A stretch of 32,424 nt of DNA from an uncultured Bacteroidaceae bacterium (GTDB lineage: Bacteria > Bacteroidota > Bacteroidia > Bacteroidales > DTU049), in NCBI GenBank assembly GCA_964429475.1, contig CAYSCE010000003.1, positions 1 to 32,424 of the forward strand. The letters run 5' to 3'. The notes beneath the pieces are model-generated. The model saw only the letters and a list, made by a program, of their open reading frames with translations. It did no database searches and had not been told where the DNA came from. Positions 7,316 through 16,082 of this stretch are shown here, piece by piece (positions within the stretch are counted from its first letter, which is position 1; each line of letters opens with the position of its first letter). A program made the translations under genes and the position numbers.

Positions 7316-9669
7316 TCAGACTCAAAAAACGACTGTTTTTTTTCTTCCTGATGGTGTTGCCTGCCTTTGGCGCTTATAGTCAGCTCACGGTTACATCGGG
7401 ATTGACAGCCGCTCAATATGTCGACTTCCTTGTCGGCGCAGGTATTACATACAGCAATGTTGTTTATACAGGCGACCCACAGGCAATAGGTAAATTCGTT
7501 ACCGGAGCTACTCCAACCAATCTTGGAATCGCTTCGGGTGTGGTAATGTCAACCGGATACGTGAATGGAACCGGCACTTCGGCCATTGGTAGTGCTGTTG
7601 GCAATTTTGTAAGTACCTCAACACTCGGAAATTCTGATGCGAATTTACAGGCACTCATTCCTTCCTATACCATCAACGATGCAACGAAAATTGAATTCGA
7701 TTTTGTTCCGGTGTCCGATACCATCAAGTTTCGCTATGTTTTTGGCTCCGAAGAATATCCTGAATGGGTAGGCAGCAGCTACAACGACGTATTTGGTTTC
7801 TTCATTTCGGGACCCAATCCTGCCGGAGGAAACTATTCCAGTTATAATATTGCCAGAATTCCCAACACTACGCTTCCTGTAACCATCGATAATGTCAACA
7901 CCGGCTCCTACAACCAGTATTATGTCAATAATGAGGGTCTAGGCGGAACAACCATTGTTTTTGATGGATTTACAACTGTATTGACGGCCTGGGCACTCGT
8001 TACGCCTTGTGTTCAGTATCATATCAAACTGGCTGTTGGCGATGCCGGCGATGCCGTCTATGATTCCGGCGTTTTTCTTGAAGCAAACAGCTTCTCCAGC
8101 CCCACACTGAACGTCTCTACAACCTATGTGAACGATACCACCATTGGTACTTTTGCAATGGAAGCCGGCTGTAACGATGTTACAGTTTGTTTTGCATTGT
8201 CAGACCCGCCGGTAACCAATTTCAATGTGAATTATACCATACTGGGTACAGCTACCAATGGAGTTGATTATGCCACCATACCCAATTCTCTGGTGATTCC
8301 CGCCGGAAGCGATTCAATCTGTCTTTCCATCAGTCCCACCATGGATAATCTGGCCGAAGGCGTTGAAACCATTATACTTGTTCTTCAAAATCAGATCAGT
8401 TGCAACACGGTTTCCGATACTGTTGAAATCATGATTCTCGATTACGACCAAATGGTTATCAATATGTCACCCGATACAAGCGTTTGTGCCGATACAGCGC
8501 ATATCTGGACGCTGGGTACCATGGGACTGCCGCCGTATACCTATGCCTGGAATAACGGACTTGGAACGCAGACAGCCTACGATGTTGTTCCAACGGCTAC
8601 CACTACCTATGTGGTTACGGTTACTGACTATTGTAATCATACTTCAACCGCCGATGTGGTTGTTTCTGTTGGTGGTGCCACGGTAGATCTGGGACCCGAT
8701 CGTGAAATCTGTGAAGGACAGTCTGCTACGCTGACCGCAACGGCCAATACCACTGAATTGTTGTGGAGTACAGGTGCAACATCTTCCTCCATTTCTGTTT
8801 CGCCCGCGACCGATACTACATATACGGTTGTAGCAGGCTCGGGATTATGCACCGCCAGCGATACCATTCTTGTGATTGTCCACGACCAGCCGGTCGTTTC
8901 GGCTGATATCGATCCTGGAAATATTTGCAGCGGAGAGGAAGCAAGACTCACTGCTTTCGGTGCCGAAAAATACATATGGTCCAGTAATCCAACCGATGCA
9001 TCTCTTATGCAGGTGCCAGGAGCCATAAACGATGCTTTTACCGTTACACCAAAAAGCACTACGACCTATCAGGTTACAGGCTCCAATACCGGTGGCTGCT
9101 CGGCAACGGCAACAGCTCATATATTGGTTTCACCAGTACCTGTAGCAGGATTTTTCGTTCAGCCTCCCATTGCTTCCTCTTTCGATCCCACTTTCCATTT
9201 TTACGATCTCTCAAGCGGAAATCCTGTCAGTTGGCTGTGGGTACTCAGCGATGGATCAACATTTACTACGCCGGAGTTTATTCATCAATATCCGGTAAAT
9301 GACTGGGGCGAGTTTCCGGTGATTCTCTATGTTGAAAACGCCAGTGGTTGCAAGGATAGTGTTGTTCAAATGATAGAAATCAGGCCCGATTACACCCTGT
9401 ATATTCCGAACGCGTTTTCGCCGAACGAAGACGATAATAATGACTATTTTCATATCAGTGGCGTAAATCTGCCTTCCGAAGATTTCAGTATCCGCATTTA
9501 TAACCGATGGGGCAATCTGGTCTTCGTTTCTTCCGATCCGGCTTTCCGCTGGGACGGTAAATCAAACAACGGCAACGTCATTCCCGGATCGTATGCCTTT
9601 GTACTGCACTTCCGCGATACCATGGGCAATTTCCATGTACAGCATGGCGAAATTGTGGTGATATATTAA
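7312..9669 (+). CDS. secreted surface protein, larger paralogue: choice-of-anchor-L + Calx-beta-like + several Ig-like repeats + PKD-like domain + T9SS type-B C-terminal sorting domain
   Basis: 785 aa with signal peptide MIRLKKRLFFFFLMVLPAFGAYSQ. It has the same FDFVPVSDTIKFRYVFGSEEYPEWV / NDVFGFFISGPN core as the upstream gene, and repeated Cys-containing Ig-like modules. The C-terminal IPNAFSPNEDDNNDYFHI...IYNRWGNLVF...GSYAFVL is a type-B T9SS CTD. The ATG overlaps the upstream TGA (ATGA). Confidence 0.85.
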   Translation: MIRLKKRLFFFFLMVLPAFGAYSQLTVTSGLTAAQYVDFLVGAGITYSNVVYTGDPQAIGKFVTGATPTNLGIASGVVMSTGYVNGTGTSAIGSAVGNFVSTSTLGNSDANLQALIPSYTINDATKIEFDFVPVSDTIKFRYVFGSEEYPEWVGSSYNDVFGFFISGPNPAGGNYSSYNIARIPNTTLPVTIDNVNTGSYNQYYVNNEGLGGTTIVFDGFTTVLTAWALVTPCVQYHIKLAVGDAGDAVYDSGVFLEANSFSSPTLNVSTTYVNDTTIGTFAMEAGCNDVTVCFALSDPPVTNFNVNYTILGTATNGVDYATIPNSLVIPAGSDSICLSISPTMDNLAEGVETIILVLQNQISCNTVSDTVEIMILDYDQMVINMSPDTSVCADTAHIWTLGTMGLPPYTYAWNNGLGTQTAYDVVPTATTTYVVTVTDYCNHTSTADVVVSVGGATVDLGPDREICEGQSATLTATANTTELLWSTGATSSSISVSPATDTTYTVVAGSGLCTASDTILVIVHDQPVVSADIDPGNICSGEEARLTAFGAEKYIWSSNPTDASLMQVPGAINDAFTVTPKSTTTYQVTGSNTGGCSATATAHILVSPVPVAGFFVQPPIASSFDPTFHFYDLSSGNPVSWLWVLSDGSTFTTPEFIHQYPVNDWGEFPVILYVENASGCKDSVVQMIEIRPDYTLYIPNAFSPNEDDNNDYFHISGVNLPSEDFSIRIYNRWGNLVFVSSDPAFRWDGKSNNGNVIPGSYAFVLHFRDTMGNFHVQHGEIVVIY

Positions 9670-9705
9670 CAGGTTACTGCTAAAATTCATCTCGCTGTAT
9701 TTTCT

Positions 9706-9713
9706 TACCTTTG
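9706..9713 (+). promoter_or_regulatory. Bacteroidota -7 promoter box (TACCTTTG) for gap
   Basis: Exact TAnnTTTG match 20 nt upstream of ATG 9734. Confidence 0.5.
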
Positions 9714-9721
9714 CAGGGTAA

Positions 9722-10744
<1,023 letters not shown>

Positions 10745-10750
10745 GCGAAA

Positions 10751-10942
10751 ATGAATTTTCTGACTATTATAATTGCTTGTTTCATTCTGATTGGGCTTGC
10801 TGTGGCCGGTATCGCCATCAAAATGTTTCTGATAAAAGGCGGCGAGTTCAAAAAGCAATGTTCCGTCAAAGATCCCAAAACGGGCGAATCGCTTGGCTGT
10901 TCATGCGGAGGCAATGGTAAATCCTGCCACAATGCAAATTAA
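10751..10942 (+). CDS. small (63 aa) single-TM protein with Cys-rich C-terminal tail, function unknown
   Basis: N-terminal hydrophobic helix FLTIIIACFILIGLAVAGIAI is followed by KKQCS...LGCSCGGNGKSCHNAN. The ORF is packed tightly between gap (6 nt after its stop) and folE (12 nt before its start). The coding call rests on this packing and on the TM plus Cys pattern only. Confidence 0.55.
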   Translation: MNFLTIIIACFILIGLAVAGIAIKMFLIKGGEFKKQCSVKDPKTGESLGCSCGGNGKSCHNAN

Positions 10943-10954
10943 AATGTTGATGCT

Positions 10955-11599
10955 ATGAGCCCTGTAATGAAACATGAAAATCTGATGGATAATTTTTCAG
11001 AAGATGATTATTACCGGATTGACCGCTACGACGAGGAGTCGCTGAAAAATCTGAAAGTTCATTATTATGAAATTCTGAAACATCTGGGCGAAGATCCCGA
11101 GCGCGAAGGATTGCTGAAAACACCGGAACGCGTGGCCAAATCCATGCAGTTTCTAACACATGGTTATCATGCCAATCCCGAACAGATTCTACGCTCGGCC
11201 CTCTTCCGCGAAGACTACCGCGAAATGGTCATAGTGAAAGACATTGAAGTATATTCCATGTGCGAACATCACATGTTGCCGTTCTTCGGAAAAGCTCATG
11301 TGGCCTATATTCCCAATGGGTATATAGTCGGGCTGAGCAAAATCCCGCGCATTGTCGATGTCTTTTCACGTCGCCTTCAGGTGCAGGAACGGCTCACCAC
11401 GCAGATTAAGGATTGTATTCAGACGGTATTGAAACCGCTCGGCGTGGCCGTTGTTATCGAAGCCCATCACCTGTGTATGATGATGCGTGGCATTCAGAAA
11501 CAAAACAGCATAACCACTACCTCCGATTTTACCGGTGTTTTCCGCAACGATAAAACACGCGCCGAATTCATGACTCTTATCAGTGCGCGTCTGCATTAA
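10955..11599 (+). CDS. folE: GTP cyclohydrolase I (FolE type 1)
   Basis: 214 aa with conserved [12 protein letters not shown], the zinc-site motif [18 protein letters not shown] and QVQERLT. Confidence 0.95.
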   Translation: MSPVMKHENLMDNFSEDDYYRIDRYDEESLKNLKVHYYEILKHLGEDPEREGLLKTPERVAKSMQFLTHGYHANPEQILRSALFREDYREMVIVKDIEVYSMCEHHMLPFFGKAHVAYIPNGYIVGLSKIPRIVDVFSRRLQVQERLTTQIKDCIQTVLKPLGVAVVIEAHHLCMMMRGIQKQNSITTTSDFTGVFRNDKTRAEFMTLISARLH

Positions 11600-11606
11600 A
11601 ACTTTG

Positions 11607-11614
11607 TAATTTTG
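11607..11614 (+). promoter_or_regulatory. Bacteroidota -7 promoter box (TAATTTTG) for the BI-1 family gene
   Basis: Exact TAnnTTTG match 14 nt upstream of ATG 11629. Confidence 0.45.
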
Positions 11615-11628
11615 TAAAAAAAAGAAAT

Positions 11629-12354
11629 ATGGACAACAACTTTTCGAATTATAGCGAACCTCAGGTATTCACCCGCGAAAGCGCAGGTGCACGCTCGGGC
11701 TTTGTAGCCAATGTGTTTGCATGGATGTTTGGCGCACTCATTATTACTGCTGTGCTGGCCTTTCTGTTCGGATCGCAGGAATCACTGATTCGTCTGCTGT
11801 ACAGCGAAACAGGTATGACTCCGCTGGGATGGATCGTCGCCCTTGCTCCGGTCGGACTTGTATTACTGATGTCATTCGGTTTTCAGAAACTCTCTGCCGG
11901 CGCGCTGATGGCGGTTTTCATGCTCTATGCTGCCTTAATGGGCGCCAGCCTGGGATTTATTTTCCTTGCTTACCAGCTTGGAACTATTTTCCTTGCGTTT
12001 ATTATTTCGGCCGGCATGTTTGCGCTGATGGCCATTGCAGGTTATACCACCAAAATGGATCTGACCCGCTTCGGAAACATTCTGATGATGGCGCTGGTTG
12101 GTGTTGTAATTGCCAGTGTGGTGAATTTATTTCTTGGCAATCAGATGATGGATACCATTATTTGCATCGTTGGCGTGCTGGTGTTTACCGGATTGATTGC
12201 TTATGATATGCAGAATATCAAGAAAAATGCGGCTTACGCCATGGCCAATCCCGAAGCCGGACGCAAAATGGCTATCATGAGTGCACTGAGTCTCTATCTC
12301 AATTTTATCAACCTCTTCCTCATGCTGCTCCGCCTGCTTAGCAGCCGCGATTAA
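11629..12354 (+). CDS. Bax inhibitor-1/YccA family membrane protein
   Basis: 241 aa with seven hydrophobic segments. Family-typical features include LIAYDMQNIK and a C-terminal SLYLNFINLFLMLLRLL. Confidence 0.9.
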   Translation: MDNNFSNYSEPQVFTRESAGARSGFVANVFAWMFGALIITAVLAFLFGSQESLIRLLYSETGMTPLGWIVALAPVGLVLLMSFGFQKLSAGALMAVFMLYAALMGASLGFIFLAYQLGTIFLAFIISAGMFALMAIAGYTTKMDLTRFGNILMMALVGVVIASVVNLFLGNQMMDTIICIVGVLVFTGLIAYDMQNIKKNAAYAMANPEAGRKMAIMSALSLYLNFINLFLMLLRLLSSRD

Positions 12355-12374
12355 TGCATACATATGACATTTTG

Positions 12375-12408
12375 AAACACCTGTATATACGATGCAGGTG
12401 TTTTTTTT
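12375..12408 (+). terminator. rho-independent terminator after the BI-1 gene
   Basis: Stem ACACCTG (12377-12383) pairs with CAGGTGT (12395-12401) around an 11-nt loop. A T8 run follows. Confidence 0.7.
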
Positions 12409-12456
12409 CGTTATGAACTTTTCATTTGCCCGCATCCTGAACCTAAAATTTTTATT

Positions 12457-13206
12457 ATGAAACAGATTGTATTTTTTCTTCTGGCTTTGGTAGCGCTGAC
12501 AGCCTGCCATACCTCGCAACAAGCCGATGCCTACCGGAATGTTCGATTTACAGAAGGTGCTTATTCTGCAGACGGAGAAATGGGTTCGATACGAACCGGA
12601 GGCCTTCCTGCAAATTATGGAGACAACACCGCAGGCGTTGAAGCAGCAAATCCGGCACCAGGACCCACTTCGGCATTTTCGCCCGACCAGATGATTATTT
12701 ACAACGCTTACCTCGATATGACAGTGAAAAATGTGGACACTGCCAGCGCCAGAATTATTGCTGTGGCGAAAAAATACGAAGGATATGTTGTGTCGGCCGG
12801 CAACCGCAGTACCACCATACGTGTGAAGTCGGAACACCTGAACAGCGCATTAAAAGAGCTGGAAGTACTGGGAAAAGTCACTTCAAAAAATATTTCGGGC
12901 GATGATGTAACGCAACAGTTTAAAAATCTTGGCATTCGTCTCGACAACGCCCGCAAGGCCCGTCTGCGCTATCTTGATCTGCTGGCAAAAGCTGAAGATG
13001 TCAAGGCTGCCCTCGAAGTTGAAAAAGAGCTGGAAAGGCTGAATAAAGAAATTGATCTGCTGGAATCGCAGATTAACAACCTCGGCATGCAGGTGCAGTA
13101 TTCACGCATCACCGTTTCGTTGCAGGAGCGTACCCGGCCCGGCATTCTGGGCTATGTGTTTGTCGGTATTTACAAAGGCGTGAAGTGGCTCTTTGTGTGG
13201 GATTGA
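12457..13206 (+). CDS. DUF4349-like lipoprotein (N-terminal lipobox, coiled-coil region, C-terminal TM anchor)
   Basis: 249 aa. MKQIVFFLLALVALTAC lipobox, the IIYNAYLDMTVKNVDTA...YEGYVV pattern, a coiled-coil KELERLNKEIDLLESQINNL, and a terminal hydrophobic segment. The family assignment is from memory of DUF4349 architecture. Confidence 0.7.
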   Translation: MKQIVFFLLALVALTACHTSQQADAYRNVRFTEGAYSADGEMGSIRTGGLPANYGDNTAGVEAANPAPGPTSAFSPDQMIIYNAYLDMTVKNVDTASARIIAVAKKYEGYVVSAGNRSTTIRVKSEHLNSALKELEVLGKVTSKNISGDDVTQQFKNLGIRLDNARKARLRYLDLLAKAEDVKAALEVEKELERLNKEIDLLESQINNLGMQVQYSRITVSLQERTRPGILGYVFVGIYKGVKWLFVWD

Positions 13207-13302
13207 TTGATATAAGATATCCGATTTTTGATTTCTGATTTTTGATCTGGTTTCAAAATCAACCACGATCCCTCAAAAATCTTAAATCTTATATCGTCAA
13301 TC
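13201..13302. repeat. about 100-bp nested palindrome filling the gap between convergent genes (probable bidirectional terminator / REP-like element)
   Basis: Complementary pairs: 13201-13206 with 13297-13302 (gattga/tcaatc), 13210-13218 with 13286-13294 (atataagat/atcttatat), and 13223-13231 with 13273-13281 (gatttttga/tcaaaaatc). An inner gatttttga...tcaaaatc hairpin lies around 13237-13260. Confidence 0.6.
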
Positions 13303-13307
13303 TTTCG

Positions 13308-14006
13308 TTATTGCGAAATAATTTTCACTTCTGTTCTGCGGTTCATCTGCCGGGCTTCGTCGCTGGTACCGCTGGCAACAGGCATGGTTTCGCCATAGCC
13401 TTTGGCAACAACACGATTGGCAGCAATACCTTTTTTAAGCAGATAAGCGCGCACTGATTCGGCCCGTTGTTGCGACAGAGTCATATTCGAGGCGTCATCG
13501 CCCACATCGTCGGTATGACCCGAGATTTCAATCACCATTGCCGGTTTCGCTTTCAGCAATGCTGCCAGCTCATCAAGCGAAGGAAATGATTCGGGGCGCA
13601 GGGTTGCTTTACCAAAATCGAAATACACATTTTCGAGTGTAAACACCTGGGCCGGCGTATAAATAACTTCAACCTCATAATGCATAATACCGGGTTCTGA
13701 AGGAACTTCCATCAGGCTGTAATCGTTTTCCATCAGAAAATCCTTGTACGAAATTTCGTACGTATCGCCTTCAGCCAACAGGATTTTTGCGGTGGCATCG
13801 GCACCGGTTACTGCGCGGAATTTTTTTCCTGTTTTCTGACTTTTAAAAAAGACAATTTCGCCCACTGCATTGGGTTGCCCTTCGGGGTGAACCACTAAGG
13901 TGATGAGCGCCATCTGATCGGTCGGAACCGGTTCCTGAGCCATTATTAATGTTGTCGAAAACAATAAAAGGATTGACGCGACTAAAAGTTTTTTATGGAA
14001 TATCAT
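13308..14006 (-). CDS. OmpA-family protein (N-terminal secreted domain + C-terminal OmpA peptidoglycan-binding domain)
   Basis: C-terminal NVYFDFGKATL...ISGHTDDVGDDASNMTLSQQRAESV...GYGETMPVA...NRRTEV. I prefer ATG 14006 (MIFHKKLLVASILLLFSTTLIMAQE signal peptide) to the GTG at 14030 used by the track. Confidence 0.9.
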   Translation of the reverse strand: MIFHKKLLVASILLLFSTTLIMAQEPVPTDQMALITLVVHPEGQPNAVGEIVFFKSQKTGKKFRAVTGADATAKILLAEGDTYEISYKDFLMENDYSLMEVPSEPGIMHYEVEVIYTPAQVFTLENVYFDFGKATLRPESFPSLDELAALLKAKPAMVIEISGHTDDVGDDASNMTLSQQRAESVRAYLLKKGIAANRVVAKGYGETMPVASGTSDEARQMNRRTEVKIISQ

Positions 14007-14048
14007 GGTTGTTTTTTTGATCGTGGGCACATACTAAAACCCATGCCG

Positions 14049-14056
14049 CAAAGTTA
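14049..14056 (-). promoter_or_regulatory. Bacteroidota -7 promoter box (TAACTTTG) for the OmpA-family gene
   Basis: The reverse complement of caaagtta is TAACTTTG. It lies about 43 nt upstream of ATG 14006. Confidence 0.45.
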
Positions 14057-14114
14057 CGCATTGACAACAATCCGGCAACAGGTTGTGAATAAATAACGCA
14101 AAAAACGGTAAATC

Positions 14115-14597
14115 TTACATAGGCGTGAATGACATGAGCATTTCAATAACCGTATCGACATAATCCGGATCGTACGAAACCCAAATATAGAGGGAAATAT
14201 CGACATAGTCAGGATCCACAATCAGCATGGTGCCAATGGCGTAATCATCTTTTGTCCCTTCAATCAATACGCCCTGGTAGCCATTCATTTTTTCTTCATC
14301 AAGTTCAATGACATCACTCTCAATAAGAACGCCGTTGTCGGTTGACCAGGTTTTAAGCGTTTCACCCATTTCGTCCCACGTGAGATATTCATCCGTTCGT
14401 GGATAAATGCTCATCAGAATATGGCTGTTCGCGGCAGTGAATTTGGTTGCAGACGAGTCTGAAACAACAAAATCGGCCGGAATCTGAAAGCTGGTGCTGT
14501 AATCATCCCACGTGTAGGATTTCTAGTCCTGTGCCTGAATGGTGGCCGAAAAACCAATCAGAAGCAGCAAAGTAACAAAAGTTGCAATCGGTCTCAT
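14115..14597 (-). pseudogene. secreted acidic protein gene interrupted by one in-frame TAG (codon 25) directly after the signal peptide
   Basis: The reverse frame from ATG 14597 reads MRPIATFVTLLLLIGFSATIQAQD, then TAG at 14525-14523. It continues in the same frame as KSYTWDDYSTSFQIPADFVVSDSSATKFTAANSHIL into the track ORF (14115..14414, MSIYPRTDEY...). Confidence 0.55.
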
Positions 14598-14642
14598 AAG
14601 TACATATTTTGATTGCTAATATACGAAATGAAAAGGCGGGTG

Positions 14643-15539
14643 TCAAGAGACAGCCTTTAAATCCTTAGGTCGCATTTTTTTCTTCAGGAAAGGGTAGGTG
14701 AAGACTGCAACAAATATCAAGGCTGCACCTGAATAGAATCCGAGCGACATGTGCTCGGTGTCACCGAAAATAAACCAGGCCAGCAATATGGCATACACCG
14801 GCTCGAGGTTGATATGCAGCACCACAAAAAAGGCACTCATTTCCTTCATCAGCCGGATGGCGGCTGTGAAAGCATAAGCCGAGCAAATACTGCCCAGCAG
14901 AATCAGATAAAACAAATCGGTTGTGCCGGGCCAGAACGATGAAAATACATCAGGAATCAGGAATGGCAGCGCGATAAGCGCAAATATAAAAGCAAATAAC
15001 ATTTCGTACATGCTTAGCACCTGACTCGGGATTTGTTCCTGCTGCTTTTTATTCAGCACACTGAAAAGCGACGACAGAAAATAGCACACAATGGCCGATA
15101 TAATTCCGTCAACATAGCGGCTCTCGAAGCGGAAAATGATATAAATGCCGGCAATGATAAAAACACCCGTAATGATATCGAGCCACGAAAAACGTTGTTT
15201 CAGAATCAAAGGCTCGAGCAAAGCGGTAAACAACGAACCCACGCCCAGCAAACCCAGTGCTACCGACACATTCGAAAGTTTTATCGCATAGAAAAAAGTG
15301 GTCCAGTGTGCAGCCACAACAAATCCGATCGACATACATGACAGAATTTGTCTGGAAGTAAGCTTCAGATTTTGTTTCCGGATTTTCAGAAACAGAAACA
15401 AGGTGATGAATGCAATAAAAACCCTGAAAACAACCAGGTGCGGAGCCGGCAACGAAATGAGCTTTCCGAGAATTCCCGTAAACCCGAGCAGCAGCACCAC
15501 AAAATGCAGTTCCAGATAAGAGCGTAAAGTGATTTTCAT
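14643..15539 (-). CDS. EamA/DMT-superfamily transporter
   Basis: 298 aa with about ten TM helices in two EamA-like halves. There is no soluble domain. Confidence 0.8.
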   Translation of the reverse strand: MKITLRSYLELHFVVLLLGFTGILGKLISLPAPHLVVFRVFIAFITLFLFLKIRKQNLKLTSRQILSCMSIGFVVAAHWTTFFYAIKLSNVSVALGLLGVGSLFTALLEPLILKQRFSWLDIITGVFIIAGIYIIFRFESRYVDGIISAIVCYFLSSLFSVLNKKQQEQIPSQVLSMYEMLFAFIFALIALPFLIPDVFSSFWPGTTDLFYLILLGSICSAYAFTAAIRLMKEMSAFFVVLHINLEPVYAILLAWFIFGDTEHMSLGFYSGAALIFVAVFTYPFLKKKMRPKDLKAVS

Positions 15540-15553
15540 AGATAAATGCCGCG

Positions 15554-15561
15554 CAAAGATA
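15554..15561 (-). promoter_or_regulatory. Bacteroidota -7 promoter box (TATCTTTG) for the EamA gene
   Basis: The reverse complement of caaagata is TATCTTTG. It lies 15 nt upstream of ATG 15539. Confidence 0.5.
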
Positions 15562-15656
15562 GAGGATTTTACTGCAGATTTAATAACTGCCAGCTAATGC
15601 ATCGCGATAATTTACTGATGATGAATAATGTTTGTGACAAAGTGAAATAAGTTTTG

Positions 15657-15664
15657 TATGTTTG
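15657..15664 (+). promoter_or_regulatory. Bacteroidota -7 promoter box (TATGTTTG) for the lipoprotein-radA pair
   Basis: Exact TAnnTTTG match 21 nt upstream of ATG 15686. Confidence 0.5.
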
Positions 15665-15685
15665 CATATAAAACAAATTGTTTTT

Positions 15686-16081
15686 ATGAGACAAATAAGC
15701 ATAGTATCGGCTATAGTAGTTTTGGTTGCTGCGTTTTCACTTGCATCGTGCACCAAAGCAAAAGAAGATAAACTCGGCGAAACCTGGCGACTGGTCCTGA
15801 TGGAAGAAGATTCCACTGTTACCTGGCTCGAACTCTGGCAGTTTGACGGCGAAAAGCTGATGATTACCAAGCGTCCCGAAGGCTCAACCAATTTGGATAC
15901 GCTTGCTGTCGGAACCTATTCAGTTAAATCCGGTTTGTCTAAAACCATAGTTACCGTTAACGATTGTAATTATGATTTGTATAATGGCGATTGGGAAGTG
16001 TTGACCCTGAACAAGGAAATGCTGGTTATGCTGAATCGCACCGACGGCGATTTTATTTACAGAGAGTTCATGAAAGAATAG
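15686..16081 (+). CDS. small lipoprotein, function unknown
   Basis: ATG 15686 gives MRQISIVSAIVVLVAAFSLASC, a signal peptide plus lipobox. The track ORF starts earlier at TTG 15662. The gene ends with TAG one nt before the radA ATG. Confidence 0.7.
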   Translation: MRQISIVSAIVVLVAAFSLASCTKAKEDKLGETWRLVLMEEDSTVTWLELWQFDGEKLMITKRPEGSTNLDTLAVGTYSVKSGLSKTIVTVNDCNYDLYNGDWEVLTLNKEMLVMLNRTDGDFIYREFMKE

Positions 16082-16082
16082 C

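Noticed and set aside
14523-14525. In-frame TAG as evidence for stop-codon reassignment (for example a Pyl-like or alternative genetic code)
   Set aside because: TAG clearly terminates three other well-delimited genes in the window: 16079-16081 one nt before the radA ATG, 18614-18616 and 19378-19380. No recoding machinery is visible. A nonsense mutation or a sequencing error is far more likely.
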